Source: an uncultured Poribacteria bacterium (lineage in GTDB: Bacteria; Poribacteria; WGA-4E; WGA-3G). From it: DNA of 64,000 bases. The stretch's first letter is position 1. Each line of letters begins with the position of its first letter. The notes under the pieces were generated by a model that saw only the letters and a program-made list of their open reading frames with translations, was not told where the DNA came from and made no database searches. Positions 8,894 to 19,472 of the stretch are shown piece by piece. The DNA lies in the NCBI GenBank assembly GCA_958296135.2, contig CATQHZ020000001.1:1280001-1344000 (forward strand). The letters are read 5' to 3'. A program made the translations under genes and the position numbers.

Positions 8894-9946
8894 ATGTATA
8901 AAATCGGCCTTATTCCTGGCGATGGCATTGGCCCCGAGGTGACGCGCGAAGCGATGAAAGTCTTCGGGGCCGCAGCTGCTCAGGCAGGCTTCCACTATGA
9001 AACCGTGGCATACGATGTCGGCGGCGACCGGTATCTCGCGACCGGGGAAGTGCTCCCGGAGTCGGTATTAGAAGAGCTTCGCGGGCTCGATGCCATTTAC
9101 CTCGGTGCAATCGGCCATCCCGATGTCAAGCCCGGTATTTTGGAGAAAGGTATCCTTCTCAAGGTTCGTTTTGAACTCGATCTCTATATCAATTTACGTC
9201 CCGTGAAACTTTATCCGGGTGTGCCAACGCCGCTGAAGGACAAGGGTCCGGAAGATATCGATTTCGTCATCGTCCGTGAAAATACCGAGGGCTTATACGC
9301 CGGCATTGGCGGCTTCCTCAAGCGCGGCACCCGCGATGAAGTCGCTATTCAGGAGATGATTAACACCTACAAAGGTGTGGAACGCTGCATCCGCTACGCG
9401 TTTGAGTTTACCCGGAAGCGGAACCAGGAGAACACGTTGACGCTCTGTGATAAGACGAACGTGCTCACCTTCGCGCATGATTTGTGGCAGCGCGTCTTCC
9501 ACGAAGTCGGCGAGGACTTTCCCGATATTAAGAAGGAACACACCCTCGTCGATGCTACGACGATGTGGATGGTGAAAAATCCGGAGTGGTTTGATGTCAT
9601 CGTGACGTGTAATATGTTCGGCGATATTATCACCGATTTGGGTGCGATGATTCAGGGCGGCATGGGTATCGCGGCCTCCGGCAATCTGAATCCGGAGAGC
9701 GTCGCGATGTTTGAACCGATTCACGGCTCTGCGCCGCGCTATACGGGCAAGAACCAGATTAACCCCATTGCTGCAATCAGCGCAGCTGGAATGATGCTGG
9801 AGCACCTCGGACAGTCAGAATCGGCGGCGGCGGTTGAAAAATCCATCAGTGCCCTGCTTGCAAGCGGTAAGATTAAAGACCTGGGTGCCGGCCGCATGGG
9901 CTACACTACCGAACAGGTTGGCGATATGATTGCTGAAGGCCTGTAA
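8894..9946 (+). CDS. leuB: 3-isopropylmalate dehydrogenase
   Basis: [44 protein letters not shown]. Confidence 0.9.
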   Translation: MYKIGLIPGDGIGPEVTREAMKVFGAAAAQAGFHYETVAYDVGGDRYLATGEVLPESVLEELRGLDAIYLGAIGHPDVKPGILEKGILLKVRFELDLYINLRPVKLYPGVPTPLKDKGPEDIDFVIVRENTEGLYAGIGGFLKRGTRDEVAIQEMINTYKGVERCIRYAFEFTRKRNQENTLTLCDKTNVLTFAHDLWQRVFHEVGEDFPDIKKEHTLVDATTMWMVKNPEWFDVIVTCNMFGDIITDLGAMIQGGMGIAASGNLNPESVAMFEPIHGSAPRYTGKNQINPIAAISAAGMMLEHLGQSESAAAVEKSISALLASGKIKDLGAGRMGYTTEQVGDMIAEGL

Positions 9947-10054
9947 CCGCACTGTTCCTCATCCACCGTATGGCGGGGGCTGGTGCCTCGTTGGCCAGGG
10001 ACGCTCGCGACGGAACTGCCCTCGCGCTACGGGTCCGGTGGGTTTTGCGAGGCT

Positions 10055-10819
10055 TTACGCGAGACGTGCGGCGAAATTAATCCGGTCCGAGTAGCGGTTC
10101 CACCGGTTGAACGTATACATATCGTAAGCACCGAGCGTTTTATAGCCGGCGGTTTTGAGTAGTGCCTTGACGGTATCCACTTCAAACATTTTCTGTTGGT
10201 GAATCTCTTCAAACCGGTGGAAGATCTCACCGTCGCGAATAAAAAAGGTCAGGTGTGTTCGGCACATTTTGGTCTGATAGAGATAACTGTTTCGCCAAAT
10301 GTAGGAGTAGTCCTCGTGGTTTTCGGCGAAGGTTTTGTTGTGGAAATGCTCAACGATGTTCCGTTCTGTCGTTATGTCGAAGATGAACAGGCCGTCGGGT
10401 TCCAGATGTTCTGATACGCGTTGGAAGACGCTGCTGAGTTCATCTTCGTCAAGCGCGTAGTTGATGCTGTCGTAGGTGCAGAGGATTGCGTCGAACTGCT
10501 GGTTGATTTGGAAATTGAGCATATCGCCTTGATGGAAGTCGATGTGTACGTCAAGGGTTTCCGCCTTTTCCTGCGCGATGTGCAACATGCCGGTGGCTCT
10601 GTCAACGCCTGTCATCTGATAGCCTTTTGCGGCGAGGAGCACGGTGAGCGCGCCGGTCCCGCATGCCACATCGAGGATGCGGCGTGGCTTGCAGTCGTGT
10701 TTGTCAAAAAGTGCTTCAGTATAGCGCGCCCACCGCGGGTAGTTGACGTTTCGCATCATCCTATCGTAGGCGTAGGCGAATTTTTCATAAGGTGGCGTGA
10801 GTTGCATCGTGTTATTCAA
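10055..10819 (-). CDS. Class I SAM-dependent methyltransferase
   Basis: ILDVACGTG, GDM, DSINY, LEPDGLFIFD. Confidence 0.9.
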   Translation of the reverse strand: MNNTMQLTPPYEKFAYAYDRMMRNVNYPRWARYTEALFDKHDCKPRRILDVACGTGALTVLLAAKGYQMTGVDRATGMLHIAQEKAETLDVHIDFHQGDMLNFQINQQFDAILCTYDSINYALDEDELSSVFQRVSEHLEPDGLFIFDITTERNIVEHFHNKTFAENHEDYSYIWRNSYLYQTKMCRTHLTFFIRDGEIFHRFEEIHQQKMFEVDTVKALLKTAGYKTLGAYDMYTFNRWNRYSDRINFAARLA

Positions 10820-11207
10820 CCTTTCCTTTGAACCCGACAGAGGCGTTCATCATCCGCAGGAGTGTGTTAATTTCCTCGGCATCCCAAAATTCATCGGCGT
10901 TCGCTTCTAGCGCGTAGTTGCCAACGTCTTTGATTTTCTGGAGACTGATTCTGCCGGTAAGGAAGCTCAACGGCAGTTGCTGCCCGGCGGTTTTGACGCG
11001 TTCAAACGTTTCCTCAATATCCGCCCGGTTTACGCCTTCGGGTGCTTGTTTCATCAGCGCATCTTTCACCATGTCCGCGCCGAAACCGAAGAGCTCTTTG
11101 ATGATAAACCATTGCAAAACGGCAAGGCATACCATCAGGATTAAAAGGAGAGTCAAGCCTTTCGTGAGGTGGCGGCTCCACTTCCGATTCTGGTTCTGGA
11201 TTGTCAT
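10812..11207 (-). CDS. Hypothetical single-pass membrane protein
   Basis: N-terminal hydrophobic helix; GAGG SD; overlaps the methyltransferase start. Confidence 0.7.
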   Translation of the reverse strand: MTIQNQNRKWSRHLTKGLTLLLILMVCLAVLQWFIIKELFGFGADMVKDALMKQAPEGVNRADIEETFERVKTAGQQLPLSFLTGRISLQKIKDVGNYALEANADEFWDAEEINTLLRMMNASVGFKGKVE

Positions 11208-11434
11208 GTTGCGGTTACCTCATTTGCGCAAAAGTTACCCGTGCCCGTAGGCGCGGTTTCAAACCGCGTCTACGGGGTTTGTTCTGCGTAAGTCTTTATC
11301 AATTAGATTAGCATTTTTAGGAAATGTTGTCAATCAAAATCAGAAAACGCCATTTTCACCGTAGTGCGAAGGCCTATCCCTTGTGCTCGCCCTACGCGAT
11401 ATGAACGTTTCCGGTAAAACAAAAAACGAAAAAT

Positions 11435-12553
11435 ATGAAAATAGGAATTGTCGGCAGACCACATGTTGGAAAAACGACTGTTTTTAATGCCTTAGCACGC
11501 TCTGCCGCGGAAACTGGGAATTACGGGGGCCGCCAACAGACAAACCTCAGCACTATTGCTGTTCCTGACAAACGTTTGGAACGCTTATTTGAGGTGCTCA
11601 AACCAAAAAAGATGACACCGGCGACGATCAATTACGTAGACATCGCTGGTGGCCCCAAAGTTGATCTAGAAAAACTGTTGGCGGGTGAGAGGCGCGAGAG
11701 CTCTTTTCCGCCTGCCCTGCTCGCGGAACTGCGCACTGTCGATGCCCTTGCGCATGTGGTTCGCATATTTGCGGATGAGACGGTGCCGCACGTTGATGGA
11801 AGCGTTAACCCTGAACGCGACATTGACACGGTCGCGCTGGAGTTTACCTTCGCTGACCTGCAGGTGATTGAGGACAGACTTGTTCGGCTCCGCAAGCAAT
11901 TTCAGAACGAAAAGTCGCCGGCGCTCCAGAGTGAACTTCGGGTTTTGGCGGAGTGCCAGCAGACGTTGGAAGAGGGGGTACCGCTGCGTTCCTTGGAGTT
12001 GTCTGCCGCCGATGAAAAACGGATTCGAGGCTACGGATTTTTGACGTTGAAGCCGTTGCTGCATATCTTGAATATCGGTGAGTCGCAATTGGATGCGGTA
12101 GCTGCAATTCAGGGGCGGTTTTCTGACTATGCGGAACAGCGGCGCACGGCAGTCATTGTGCTTGCGGCGCAGTTAGAGATGGAAATCGCGCAACTAGACG
12201 AGGCAGATGCCGAAGTCTTCATGGCAGAGATGGGGTTAGGCGCATCAGCCTTAGCGCGGTTTATCAACACCTCCTATCGTTTACTCGGATTAATTACATT
12301 TTTTACAGGGGGCCCCAAGGAGGTTCGGGCGTGGACGCTGCGTGAGGGACAAACCGCCGTTGAGGCGGCAAGCGTCATCCATACCGATTTTGGCCGCGGC
12401 TTCATTCGTTCGGAGACAATCTACTGGGAGGAATTGGCGGCGTGCGGCGGCTTTACGCAGGCGCGCAGCATGGGCAAACTGCGGGCTGAAGGGAAAACGC
12501 ATCAGGTCCAAGATGGCGAGGTGCTGGTAATTCTGGCGAATCCGACATCGTGA
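11435..12553 (+). CDS. ychF: YchF-family (Obg-like) ATPase, divergent
   Basis: [56 protein letters not shown]. Confidence 0.88.
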   Translation: MKIGIVGRPHVGKTTVFNALARSAAETGNYGGRQQTNLSTIAVPDKRLERLFEVLKPKKMTPATINYVDIAGGPKVDLEKLLAGERRESSFPPALLAELRTVDALAHVVRIFADETVPHVDGSVNPERDIDTVALEFTFADLQVIEDRLVRLRKQFQNEKSPALQSELRVLAECQQTLEEGVPLRSLELSAADEKRIRGYGFLTLKPLLHILNIGESQLDAVAAIQGRFSDYAEQRRTAVIVLAAQLEMEIAQLDEADAEVFMAEMGLGASALARFINTSYRLLGLITFFTGGPKEVRAWTLREGQTAVEAASVIHTDFGRGFIRSETIYWEELAACGGFTQARSMGKLRAEGKTHQVQDGEVLVILANPTS

Positions 12554-12593
12554 GGGATGCCCTCGCGCTACGGGCCAGGAGGTTTTTCTTGTG

Positions 12594-13244
12594 TTATGTG
12601 CTGCTATCCCTGAGAGCCGCAATCGCTGCCATGATCTGTTTACCCATGTGCTGATACATTTCGCGTCGCACGTCAAACCGGTCGAGTCCGGTGAAATCGA
12701 TCGGTTTTCCGAACGTTACGGTGAGTTTTGCGCGATGGAGGCGTTTGCTGCCACGTGGCAGCATCTGTTTTGAGCCGCTATGATAAACCGGCAGCGTCGG
12801 CACGCCTGCGCGGTGCGCGATGAAACACGCGCCATCGCGCGCCTTTCCTAAATTCCCATCAACGCTACGGGTGCCTTCCGGAAAAATCAGCACCGCGTTG
12901 CCCTCTTTCAGGAGCGAGATAGTCTTGCGGAGCGCGCCTAAATCCGGTGCACCTCTGTTGACCGGATACGCGTTATACGCCGAGATGAGTTGTCCTAATC
13001 CCGGAATGCGGAAGACGTTGCTGCGCGCCATGTAGTGAACTTCACGGCTGGCGGCGGATCCGACGATAACCGGGTCGAGGAGGCTGACATGGTTTGAAAC
13101 GAGCAGCACGCCGCCTTCACGTGGGATGTGTTGAACGCCGGATGCTTCGAGGTGTCCCATGCATTGACAGAAGAGATTGGTGAGTCGATGTCCCCACCGG
13201 TAGAGCGCGCGGGGTGTCCAGAATTGGTTGTTGGTATACCACAT
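12594..13244 (-). CDS. plsC: 1-acyl-sn-glycerol-3-phosphate acyltransferase
   Basis: NHVSLLD (HX4D) and IFPEGTRS. Confidence 0.9.
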   Translation of the reverse strand: MWYTNNQFWTPRALYRWGHRLTNLFCQCMGHLEASGVQHIPREGGVLLVSNHVSLLDPVIVGSAASREVHYMARSNVFRIPGLGQLISAYNAYPVNRGAPDLGALRKTISLLKEGNAVLIFPEGTRSVDGNLGKARDGACFIAHRAGVPTLPVYHSGSKQMLPRGSKRLHRAKLTVTFGKPIDFTGLDRFDVRREMYQHMGKQIMAAIAALRDSST

Positions 13245-13267
13245 TTTTTGTCATTCCTTCGCGTGTG

Positions 13268-13392
13268 CCGTAGCGCGGGGGCCTGTCCTCCGAGGAGAAA
13301 ACGTCCGCAGTCCAGGGTCCGCGAATGTTTGCTGTGCGCCCGGTGCATGGCGAGGGAAACCCTCGCCCTACGGTAGCGCGGGGGATTGTCGG
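13268..13392. repeat. Cluster of GTAG-type REP palindromes
   Basis: CCGTAGCGCGGGGGCCTGTCC..., GGCGAGGGAAACCCTCGCCCTAC, GTAGCGCGGGGG. Confidence 0.6.
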
Positions 13393-13396
13393 GAAC

Positions 13397-15757
13397 TTAC
13401 ACTAAGCCGCCACGTTTGCGGAGGAACCATTCCAGGCCCAACATCGCCAAAAGCAGTCCGAAAATAAGCGGCATATCCCAGATATCCACATCCGTTATTG
13501 TTGAGGTGGCACTCTCGACTAGCGGAATCTGATGTACGAGTTGCGATGCTTCCTCAAGCGGATAGTATTTTCCGCCGCTTCCCTCAGCGAGTGCCTTGAG
13601 GAGCGCGATGTTGAGTTCTGCATTGCTGAATTCTGCATAGGAAGTCTTCACGTCAAAAAGACTCTGCTGTTCACCGAGGGATTCGCCATCCAGGGTGCCG
13701 GTTGCCGTGAGGGTGTACTCTCCGTAGCGATTTGGGATGAAGCGTGCCGAGTAGAGTCCGTCTCTACCGAGGACTTGCTCAAGTCGGATTTCTTTGCGCT
13801 TCCCCGTTTCATCGACAATCACGGCTCGGAGTTTCGCTTGATTTGTCAATTCAAACTGCTTGTCCGTCGCTGTTACTTCAATAACGACAGGTTCTTTCAA
13901 CGTGTAAGCGGTTTTGGCGATATCAAGTTTTAGATGTTCCTTCGGTGCGGTTGTGAGCCATTTCGCGGTCTGCCGCCAGAAGCGTTGGTGACTTTCATCT
14001 TGATGCGATTGGAGCATCTGCCACCGCCATGAGCTGTTCGGTGTAAACACCATCACGCGTCCGGCGTTGTAATTGTGCGTGGCGAGGAGGATGCGCTTGC
14101 CAAACTGATTTCGTTCAGTCGGATGTTCTGCCAAAACGAGTGCCCCCGGCTTAGCGCGTTTCACTTTGCTATACCCGAGCATCGGCTTTTGGTTTTCCCA
14201 ACGTGCCAGATTTTCCATCGGCGTATCTGCCAACGCCATCAATGGTTCAACTTTCCCATCCGGGGTCAGTTGCAATTTGTAGCCTTCTTGCGCGGCACGT
14301 CGCCGCGGTGCGGGCGGCGGTGGCGGCGAACCGAGCTCTAATTCTACCGGTAGCATCTGTGCGATAGGGGTGTTAAGGTAAGACTCAGCGAGTTCATGGT
14401 TGCCTAAGGAGTCTGCGCCGCCAAGCATCAGCAAGCCGCCGCCGCGCGTCCGAACAAACTCTACCGTGTTCTCCAATTGCTGCTTTGTAAAATAGGAAGC
14501 GGCGACGTTGCCAATAATGATAGCGTCAAAATCAAACAGTACCTCTTTGGCATCGGGATAGAAGCCGAAGGTCTGCCCGATATCGGTTTGTGTCCCGCCG
14601 TAAAGGCTGCCACTTTTTAAAAACCGGTCGGTGAGTTGGATATTCGGATCCTCCTTGAGGGCGCGCTTGATGTGTTTAAACTCTGGGCGCGGTTTGCCAT
14701 CGACATATAGAATTTTCACGCGTTTGGAAGGCGCAACCTTCATCAGGAACGTCTTTGTGTTATTTTGCGGCACCGCCTCGTCTGGCTCAGGCAACACGTG
14801 CACCTCGTATCGCTGCGTCCCTGGTTGCCGTGGCGTGAATTTGATAGGCACGCGCGCCATCTTTGTCTCTTTTGACTTCGGGCTCGGGCGCGCCTGAACT
14901 ATCGGCTTTGCCTCGTTCATGTCAACGGGAATGGCTTTCAGTATGCGTCCGTTGCTCGTTAATTGGACGTTCACCTTTTTGCCTTTGTAGCCGCGCCGTT
15001 TCACGGTTGCCCACATTTCAACAGGGAAGTCCTCTTCTGCGGTGCGCGGCACATCGACTTTGACGATTTCCAGATCATCCCTGCCTTCCTCGGAACCGAT
15101 GCCGACGGTATGGATAGGCAGTTTCCGTTCTCGGGTTTGCAGTGCCAGTTTTGTGATATCCGTGCCGCTCCGGTCTGCGCCGTCTGTCAGTAGCACCACG
15201 CCTGAGAGCGGTACTCCTTGAAGTTCATCGAGTGCCTCGTTGAGTGCCTTCGGGATGTCAGTGCTTTCTCCCTCTGCGTTCGTAAGTACCTTGCTTGGGA
15301 TGCGTTTCGCCCCTGTATCAAACGCGAAGAGACGCACCTTAAATTTTGCGTTCAGTTGCTGTAGAAGTGAATCGTTGTTTTGGTTCTCTTCGCCAAACAG
15401 CAACTTGTTTGCGCGGTGCAGGCGCGTTTCTGTATTGACAGCATCAGTAATCTGCATACTCTTGGACCTGTCTACCATCACTAGGAGATACGAGTCATCG
15501 GGGTTCGTGTCGTAAATCGTGAGGAACGGTTTGAGCAAACAGAAGGCAAGGAAACAAAGCACTAGGGCGCGGAAAAAGATGAGCGTGCCTCGGAAGCCGC
15601 GGCGTGTGCGGCCTCGGGTGCTCCGATATGCCCAGATTGTCGTCGCGACAAGCGCGCCGAGCAGGACGACAATCAGTAGCCCCGGCAGGGGGACTCCAAA
15701 TGAGAAATCCCCTTCCCGAAAAACGTCAATGGGGTATTTCATGAGGTTTTCAAACAT
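13397..15757 (-). CDS. Membrane-anchored vWA plus class I glutamine amidotransferase-like domain protein
   Basis: N-terminal TM helices, MIDAS DRSKSM and LLTDG, FVRTRGGGLLMLGG, SWRW, C-terminal LEWFLRKRGGLV. Confidence 0.8.
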   Translation of the reverse strand: MFENLMKYPIDVFREGDFSFGVPLPGLLIVVLLGALVATTIWAYRSTRGRTRRGFRGTLIFFRALVLCFLAFCLLKPFLTIYDTNPDDSYLLVMVDRSKSMQITDAVNTETRLHRANKLLFGEENQNNDSLLQQLNAKFKVRLFAFDTGAKRIPSKVLTNAEGESTDIPKALNEALDELQGVPLSGVVLLTDGADRSGTDITKLALQTRERKLPIHTVGIGSEEGRDDLEIVKVDVPRTAEEDFPVEMWATVKRRGYKGKKVNVQLTSNGRILKAIPVDMNEAKPIVQARPSPKSKETKMARVPIKFTPRQPGTQRYEVHVLPEPDEAVPQNNTKTFLMKVAPSKRVKILYVDGKPRPEFKHIKRALKEDPNIQLTDRFLKSGSLYGGTQTDIGQTFGFYPDAKEVLFDFDAIIIGNVAASYFTKQQLENTVEFVRTRGGGLLMLGGADSLGNHELAESYLNTPIAQMLPVELELGSPPPPPAPRRRAAQEGYKLQLTPDGKVEPLMALADTPMENLARWENQKPMLGYSKVKRAKPGALVLAEHPTERNQFGKRILLATHNYNAGRVMVFTPNSSWRWQMLQSHQDESHQRFWRQTAKWLTTAPKEHLKLDIAKTAYTLKEPVVIEVTATDKQFELTNQAKLRAVIVDETGKRKEIRLEQVLGRDGLYSARFIPNRYGEYTLTATGTLDGESLGEQQSLFDVKTSYAEFSNAELNIALLKALAEGSGGKYYPLEEASQLVHQIPLVESATSTITDVDIWDMPLIFGLLLAMLGLEWFLRKRGGLV

Positions 15758-15960
15758 TTTTCGCCTTTCGCAATGCGTTGTTCAACTGCTATTGTGCAGA
15801 GATGTCCACGGTTTGGGCTCAGCGAGCCCGAACTACAGCAGTTCATTTGGTATGATACTAGGGCGGACGCGCTGGAGCGAGCCTGGTATGCGCGGTCTGT
15901 CCCCGTGCGTTTGTCGTCGTTGCGCGCTTTCAAAGCGCGCCTATCAGGGCAAAAATAGCG

Positions 15961-16944
15961 TTACTCTGGCAATCGAACGCGCTGGCCGGTATGGGCGGAT
16001 TCGTGCAAGGCATCGATGACACGCATGTTCCCGAGGGTGTCTGAAATCGGTAGACGCTGCGGCGCGCCGGTTTCTATCGCTTCACACAGGTTCAGGAGCT
16101 CAGCGGCATACGGGTTTACGCCATCAACGCTGAAGTGCTCGCCGTTCACCATGAAATGTGATTCTCCTTCGCCGTTACCCCATGCCGTTTGGACAGAGAG
16201 GGTTCCGTCTGTTCCCGCGACTTCGTAAGACTCGCGCCATGTCCATCCGAAGCTGCAATCCAATTGCCCCGTGATGCCATCGCCGAAATCCAAAGTGCCG
16301 ATGAGCGTTTCCCAGACATTGTTAATGGGTTCAAACTTGCCGGTAGCCCATGCGAACTGCGGTTCTCTTCCGATGAGGTACCGGATGATGTTGATGCAGT
16401 AGCACCCCAGATCCATGACGGCCCCACCGCCGAGTTCTCCACGGAGCCGCCAGTTTCGCCTATCTGTTAGTCCCGTTGAGAACGTGGCACGCGCGTATCG
16501 CGCTTCTCCGATGGAGCCTTCTTCAATCTTCTGCTTCACCGCCAACGTTAACGGATGATGCCGATACATGAACGCTTCCATTAGGTAGATATTGGCACGC
16601 TCTGTCACCTGAATCATCTGCTCCAGTTGTGTAGTGGTGACAGCCATCGGTTTTTCAACGAGGATGCCTTTGACACCACACCGCACCGCCTCTAACACAT
16701 TTTTAAGATGACTGGACGGCCATGTCGCCACGACGAGCACATCGGGTTGCTGTTTCTTCAGCATCTGCCGGAGTTCGTTATAGGTATTTTGGACGTTATA
16801 TTCTGTAGCAAATCGGGCAAGCGGTTCAAATTTTTCATCGCATGCGCCGACAATATCGATCTCTGGCACTTCTCTCCATGCGCGTCCGTGCGCGTGCGAG
16901 ATGCCGCCACACCCGACGATTGCCACGCGGTATTTTGCGGACAT
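15961..16944 (-). CDS. Gfo/Idh/MocA family oxidoreductase
   Basis: VAIVGCGGIS, LVEKP, MEAFMYRHHP, GGGAVMDLGCY. Confidence 0.92.
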   Translation of the reverse strand: MSAKYRVAIVGCGGISHAHGRAWREVPEIDIVGACDEKFEPLARFATEYNVQNTYNELRQMLKKQQPDVLVVATWPSSHLKNVLEAVRCGVKGILVEKPMAVTTTQLEQMIQVTERANIYLMEAFMYRHHPLTLAVKQKIEEGSIGEARYARATFSTGLTDRRNWRLRGELGGGAVMDLGCYCINIIRYLIGREPQFAWATGKFEPINNVWETLIGTLDFGDGITGQLDCSFGWTWRESYEVAGTDGTLSVQTAWGNGEGESHFMVNGEHFSVDGVNPYAAELLNLCEAIETGAPQRLPISDTLGNMRVIDALHESAHTGQRVRLPE

Positions 16945-17138
16945 GATACACCTCAGTAGTGAGCCCTGCTGAGAAAGGACAAGCGGATATTGATACGTAG
17001 GTTGGATAACCCACTTTCCTGCTTTGTTAACGTAACCGTATTTTCCGCATACGGATACGCAGGCAAGTCCCTCGGAGAATGCTTCGGCACTATCGAATTT
17101 CTTCTTGTAGTTGTGAAACGATGATACCGGGCAACCCG

Positions 17139-18116
17139 TTATCCCATTTCCGCGATGGACACCGGCCGGTTTTCTTGTGCCGAGCGGTTCGCCGCCAGCG
17201 AAATCGCAAGGCTCTTGACTGCATCGCTGTAGGGACTGCGGATGTGCGCGCCGTTGTTGCTACGCACTGCCTCTACGAAGACTTCGTCTATTGTGGGACT
17301 CGGAGCTGTTTTCTCTGTCCATTTCCCATCTTCGCGCACCGCAACTCGCGAGGGATTCCAGTTGAGCATCTGTGAGGCGTAGAAGACATCGAGAATATTC
17401 GCGTTGGACCAGTCGCCCGGGTCGTATGCCCACGTCGCGGTCAAAGAGCCGATAGCACCACTCGCGAACTGCATCGAGAGGCTGTTGACATCGGGGCAAT
17501 CCGTGGATTTCAACACCCGGTTCGCCTGCATCGCGTAAACGGTGTCCACCTCGCCGCCCATGTAACGCATCATGTCGATGGTGTGCGTTGCTTGTTCGAC
17601 GAGTTGGCCTCCCGATTTGTTCATTTGCCGCAGCCAAGTGTCTGGGTTTCCGTGTCCTGTCCCGCACCAATATTTGCCAACTAGCATGTTTAGCGGCGTG
17701 TTCTGCAGCATCGCGCGTGCTATCTGCGTTGAGCCGAGGTAGCGGAGTTGATAGCCGACGCAGGTAATCAACTCCTCCTTCGCGACTTGCTCTTCGATTT
17801 CGCGGGCGATGTCCATGTTGATGGCCACGGGCTTCTCAACGAAAAAGGGTAACCCGCGCGCGATTACGTCAAGTTCCGGTTGCCCGTGTGCGAAGACCGG
17901 GAGGCTGAGATAGACTGCGTCTAAGTCGTCGCGTTCTAACATTGCGCGATGCTCAGTATAGGGATGCGCGTTGTGCTTTTCGGCCGCGCTTTGCGCGCGC
18001 TCAAGTTGAACGTCACACACGGCGACGATGCGCGCCCCGTCTAATTGAGAGAGTTGATTCATGTGGCCGTTTGCATTGCCGCCACATCCGATAAATGCAA
18101 TTTTAACGTCACTCAT
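17139..18116 (-). CDS. Gfo/Idh/MocA family oxidoreductase
   Basis: IAFIGCGGNA, FVEKPVA, SGGQLVEQATH. Confidence 0.92.
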   Translation of the reverse strand: MSDVKIAFIGCGGNANGHMNQLSQLDGARIVAVCDVQLERAQSAAEKHNAHPYTEHRAMLERDDLDAVYLSLPVFAHGQPELDVIARGLPFFVEKPVAINMDIAREIEEQVAKEELITCVGYQLRYLGSTQIARAMLQNTPLNMLVGKYWCGTGHGNPDTWLRQMNKSGGQLVEQATHTIDMMRYMGGEVDTVYAMQANRVLKSTDCPDVNSLSMQFASGAIGSLTATWAYDPGDWSNANILDVFYASQMLNWNPSRVAVREDGKWTEKTAPSPTIDEVFVEAVRSNNGAHIRSPYSDAVKSLAISLAANRSAQENRPVSIAEMG

Positions 18117-18146
18117 TGATGTCCGTCCTGTCGGCGCGATTTTCGT

Positions 18147-19355
18147 CTAGCGCGCCTTGAAATTAACCGCTAAGGCTTTTTCAATATCTTCGCGGGGATG
18201 CGCTCCGAACCGCTGCTCAAAATCTCTATCAAACGCGTCTTCTTCCGCCGGGTCAGCTGCGAGTGGGAGCGGCACCGGTTGCCTATTGACCCGGGCCGAA
18301 CGGTGTGCGGCGATTACCATGCCCTGGTCTGCCCTCCCCATCTCGCCTGTCCAGAGCGGTTGTGTTCCTTCGCGCACAGCGTTCGCGATACCATCCAGCA
18401 TCGTCGCGAGTGAGATGCCGTTTTCGGGGATATCGGTGTGGCGGTAAGGGTTGCACCACTCAACAGTGCCGCCCAACGATGCAGGTAATTCTACAAAAAT
18501 GCGCTGCATCGCGCCGGATGCGCTATATTCGCGCTGAAATGCGTAGGTTTGTGCCTTTCCTGCGCGTTGGGCGATGTCCTCATCGGTGCAAACGTTCACC
18601 GTTTCGCCGCCGGATGCCCCCTGGTTTCCGTTGGTGATAATGGTGCCGCGCTCGCCGCACGTCTCAAAACCGACGAGGTGGTTCCGTCCGAGGCAGCCGT
18701 TCTTATTGCCTACCATGGCGATGCCGATGCCGCCGTTGTCAAAATCCACGGCGTAAAACTCAAGGTTTTCGGAACGAAAATCGCGTTTGGCTCTGTCAAC
18801 GTAAGGCACCACTGGCATCGAGTGGCCGATGCTACTGACAGCTATCGGTGTTGCATTCATCCGGCACCGAATCGCTGCAAGCCCGTGATACCCGGTAGTC
18901 GAAAAGAGACGATAGGACTTGTGAACGCGCCCAATTATGTCTTCGTTGATAAGTTTGCAGACGAACTGCTCAACTGGGACGAATGGAAAGTTCTCGGATG
19001 TCTGAAGTTTCACGCCGTTTTCGGCGGCATCCGCTATCATCATATCCATCAGGCCGAGCGTCGGCGCGAGCCCCGTCTCTACGTTATGCGAGATGCCGCG
19101 GCGGGAGAGGTAACAGGAGACGATATGGTGAAGTTGTGCCGGCACGACAACATCGCATACCTCGGGTGCCATTTCGTCAATGAGTCTGCGGACATCGGTG
19201 TAGGCAGGGACACCCAGTTTCGCCGCGCCTGCTTCTGCGGATTCGCGATGCGCGTCGCACACCGCGACGATTTCAAAGGTGTCCTTCAACGCCGCCGCTG
19301 TTGCGAGATGCGCGGCTCCGCGTCTTCCATGGCCGATTAATGCATATTTTAGCAT
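18147..19355 (-). CDS. Gfo/Idh/MocA family oxidoreductase, divergent
   Basis: ALIGHGRRGAAH Rossmann start, VAVCD; the EKP motif appears as VETG. Confidence 0.8.
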   Translation of the reverse strand: MLKYALIGHGRRGAAHLATAAALKDTFEIVAVCDAHRESAEAGAAKLGVPAYTDVRRLIDEMAPEVCDVVVPAQLHHIVSCYLSRRGISHNVETGLAPTLGLMDMMIADAAENGVKLQTSENFPFVPVEQFVCKLINEDIIGRVHKSYRLFSTTGYHGLAAIRCRMNATPIAVSSIGHSMPVVPYVDRAKRDFRSENLEFYAVDFDNGGIGIAMVGNKNGCLGRNHLVGFETCGERGTIITNGNQGASGGETVNVCTDEDIAQRAGKAQTYAFQREYSASGAMQRIFVELPASLGGTVEWCNPYRHTDIPENGISLATMLDGIANAVREGTQPLWTGEMGRADQGMVIAAHRSARVNRQPVPLPLAADPAEEDAFDRDFEQRFGAHPREDIEKALAVNFKAR

Positions 19356-19472
19356 ATTTCCCGCCCTTGTCAGAACGACTTAGTTTTCTACGCCGCGGTT
19401 TCGGCAGCGGCTAGATTCGGGCCAAAGGGCCCGAGGCAAAAGCAGCCGAGCAAGGCTGGCAGGTGAAAACGT

